Source: Candidatus Binataceae bacterium
GTDB taxonomy: Bacteria; Desulfobacterota; Binatia; Binatales; Binataceae
Assembly (NCBI GenBank): GCA_035524095.1
Contig: DATKPK010000189.1
Coordinates: 2,334 to 66,333, forward strand
Direction of reading: 5' to 3'
DNA: 64,000 bases
Each line of letters begins with the position of its first letter. Position 1 is the first letter of the stretch. Of this stretch, positions 63,833-64,000 are shown one piece after another. Both the position numbers and the translations under genes were made by a program. The notes under the pieces are model-generated. The model was not told the DNA's origin and made no database searches. It worked only from the letters and a program-made list of their open reading frames with translations.

Positions 63833-64000
63833 ATCAGGCAGTCGCTGAACCTAATCGCGAGCGGATTCGCCAGAAGGTCCTCGTGGTCGAGGATGAAGGC
63901 GATATTCGCGAATTGTTGCGCTACAACCTGGCGCAAGAGGGATTCGCGGTCGAAGAGGCGGCTGACGGCGCTGAAGCGCTCGATCGCATCGCGCGCCGGG
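63829..64000 (+). CDS. response regulator receiver domain, 5' fragment (PhoB-like by context), truncated by window end
   Basis: The ATG overlaps the phoU stop (ATGA). KVLVVEDEGDIRELLRYNLAQEGF is a typical OmpR/PhoB-type receiver start. Confidence 0.75.
   Translation, partial: MNQAVAEPNRERIRQKVLVVEDEGDIRELLRYNLAQEGFAVEEAADGAEALDRIARR

Noticed and set aside
1-64000. Search by eye for CRISPR arrays, IS/transposase or integrase genes, prophage genes, toxin-antitoxin pairs, tRNA/rRNA/tmRNA and long direct or inverted repeats
   Set aside because: None were found. The only notable repeats are the intragenic cupredoxin duplication and the (GGN)n tract. The intergenic hairpins are individually different, so there is no REP-like family. 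The window looks like core chromosome rather than a mobile island.

Overview
GC-rich, densely coding (about 50 CDS) chromosomal segment of a diderm bacterium; the taxon cannot be assigned from sequence alone. An Omp85 barrel, a lipoprotein lipobox and cytochrome bd support the diderm call. I found no rRNA, tRNA, CRISPR array, transposase, integrase or phage genes.

Housekeeping genes I recognise with confidence: recO, acnA, cydAB, ackA, coaBC, inositol-3-phosphate synthase, gatCAB, yraN-serS, and pstCAB-phoU followed by a truncated response regulator. The pst operon is preceded by a Pho-box-like direct repeat. An NfeD/stomatin pair and a family-4 uracil-DNA glycosylase are also present.

The rest is a catabolic assortment: three family III CoA-transferase or acyl-CoA dehydrogenase type loci, a TPP enzyme, an LLM oxidoreductase, TauD, a Zn-ADH, an amidohydrolase and two alpha/beta hydrolases.

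Two loci look unusual.
1. 33.4-38.4 kb: a co-directional three-gene redox module. It comprises a cytoplasmic protein with two cyclic-nucleotide-binding domains plus four 4Fe-4S motifs, a His-bearing 5-TM protein, and a roughly nine-heme cytochrome c joined through a TM helix to an FAD/NAD(P) oxidoreductase domain.
2. 5.0-9.2 kb: a TldD/PmbA protease pair translationally coupled to a 2OG-Fe(II) oxygenase fused to a PqqD-like (RiPP recognition element) domain. No precursor gene is visible.

Smaller oddities:
- a tandem-duplicated two-domain cupredoxin
- an HTH-citrate-synthase fusion
- a Gly-rich RRM protein
- a POTRA-less Omp85 barrel
- an orphan plus-strand intrinsic terminator in an AT-rich gap between two minus-strand genes

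All functional calls rest on motif recognition by eye. No database search was run.
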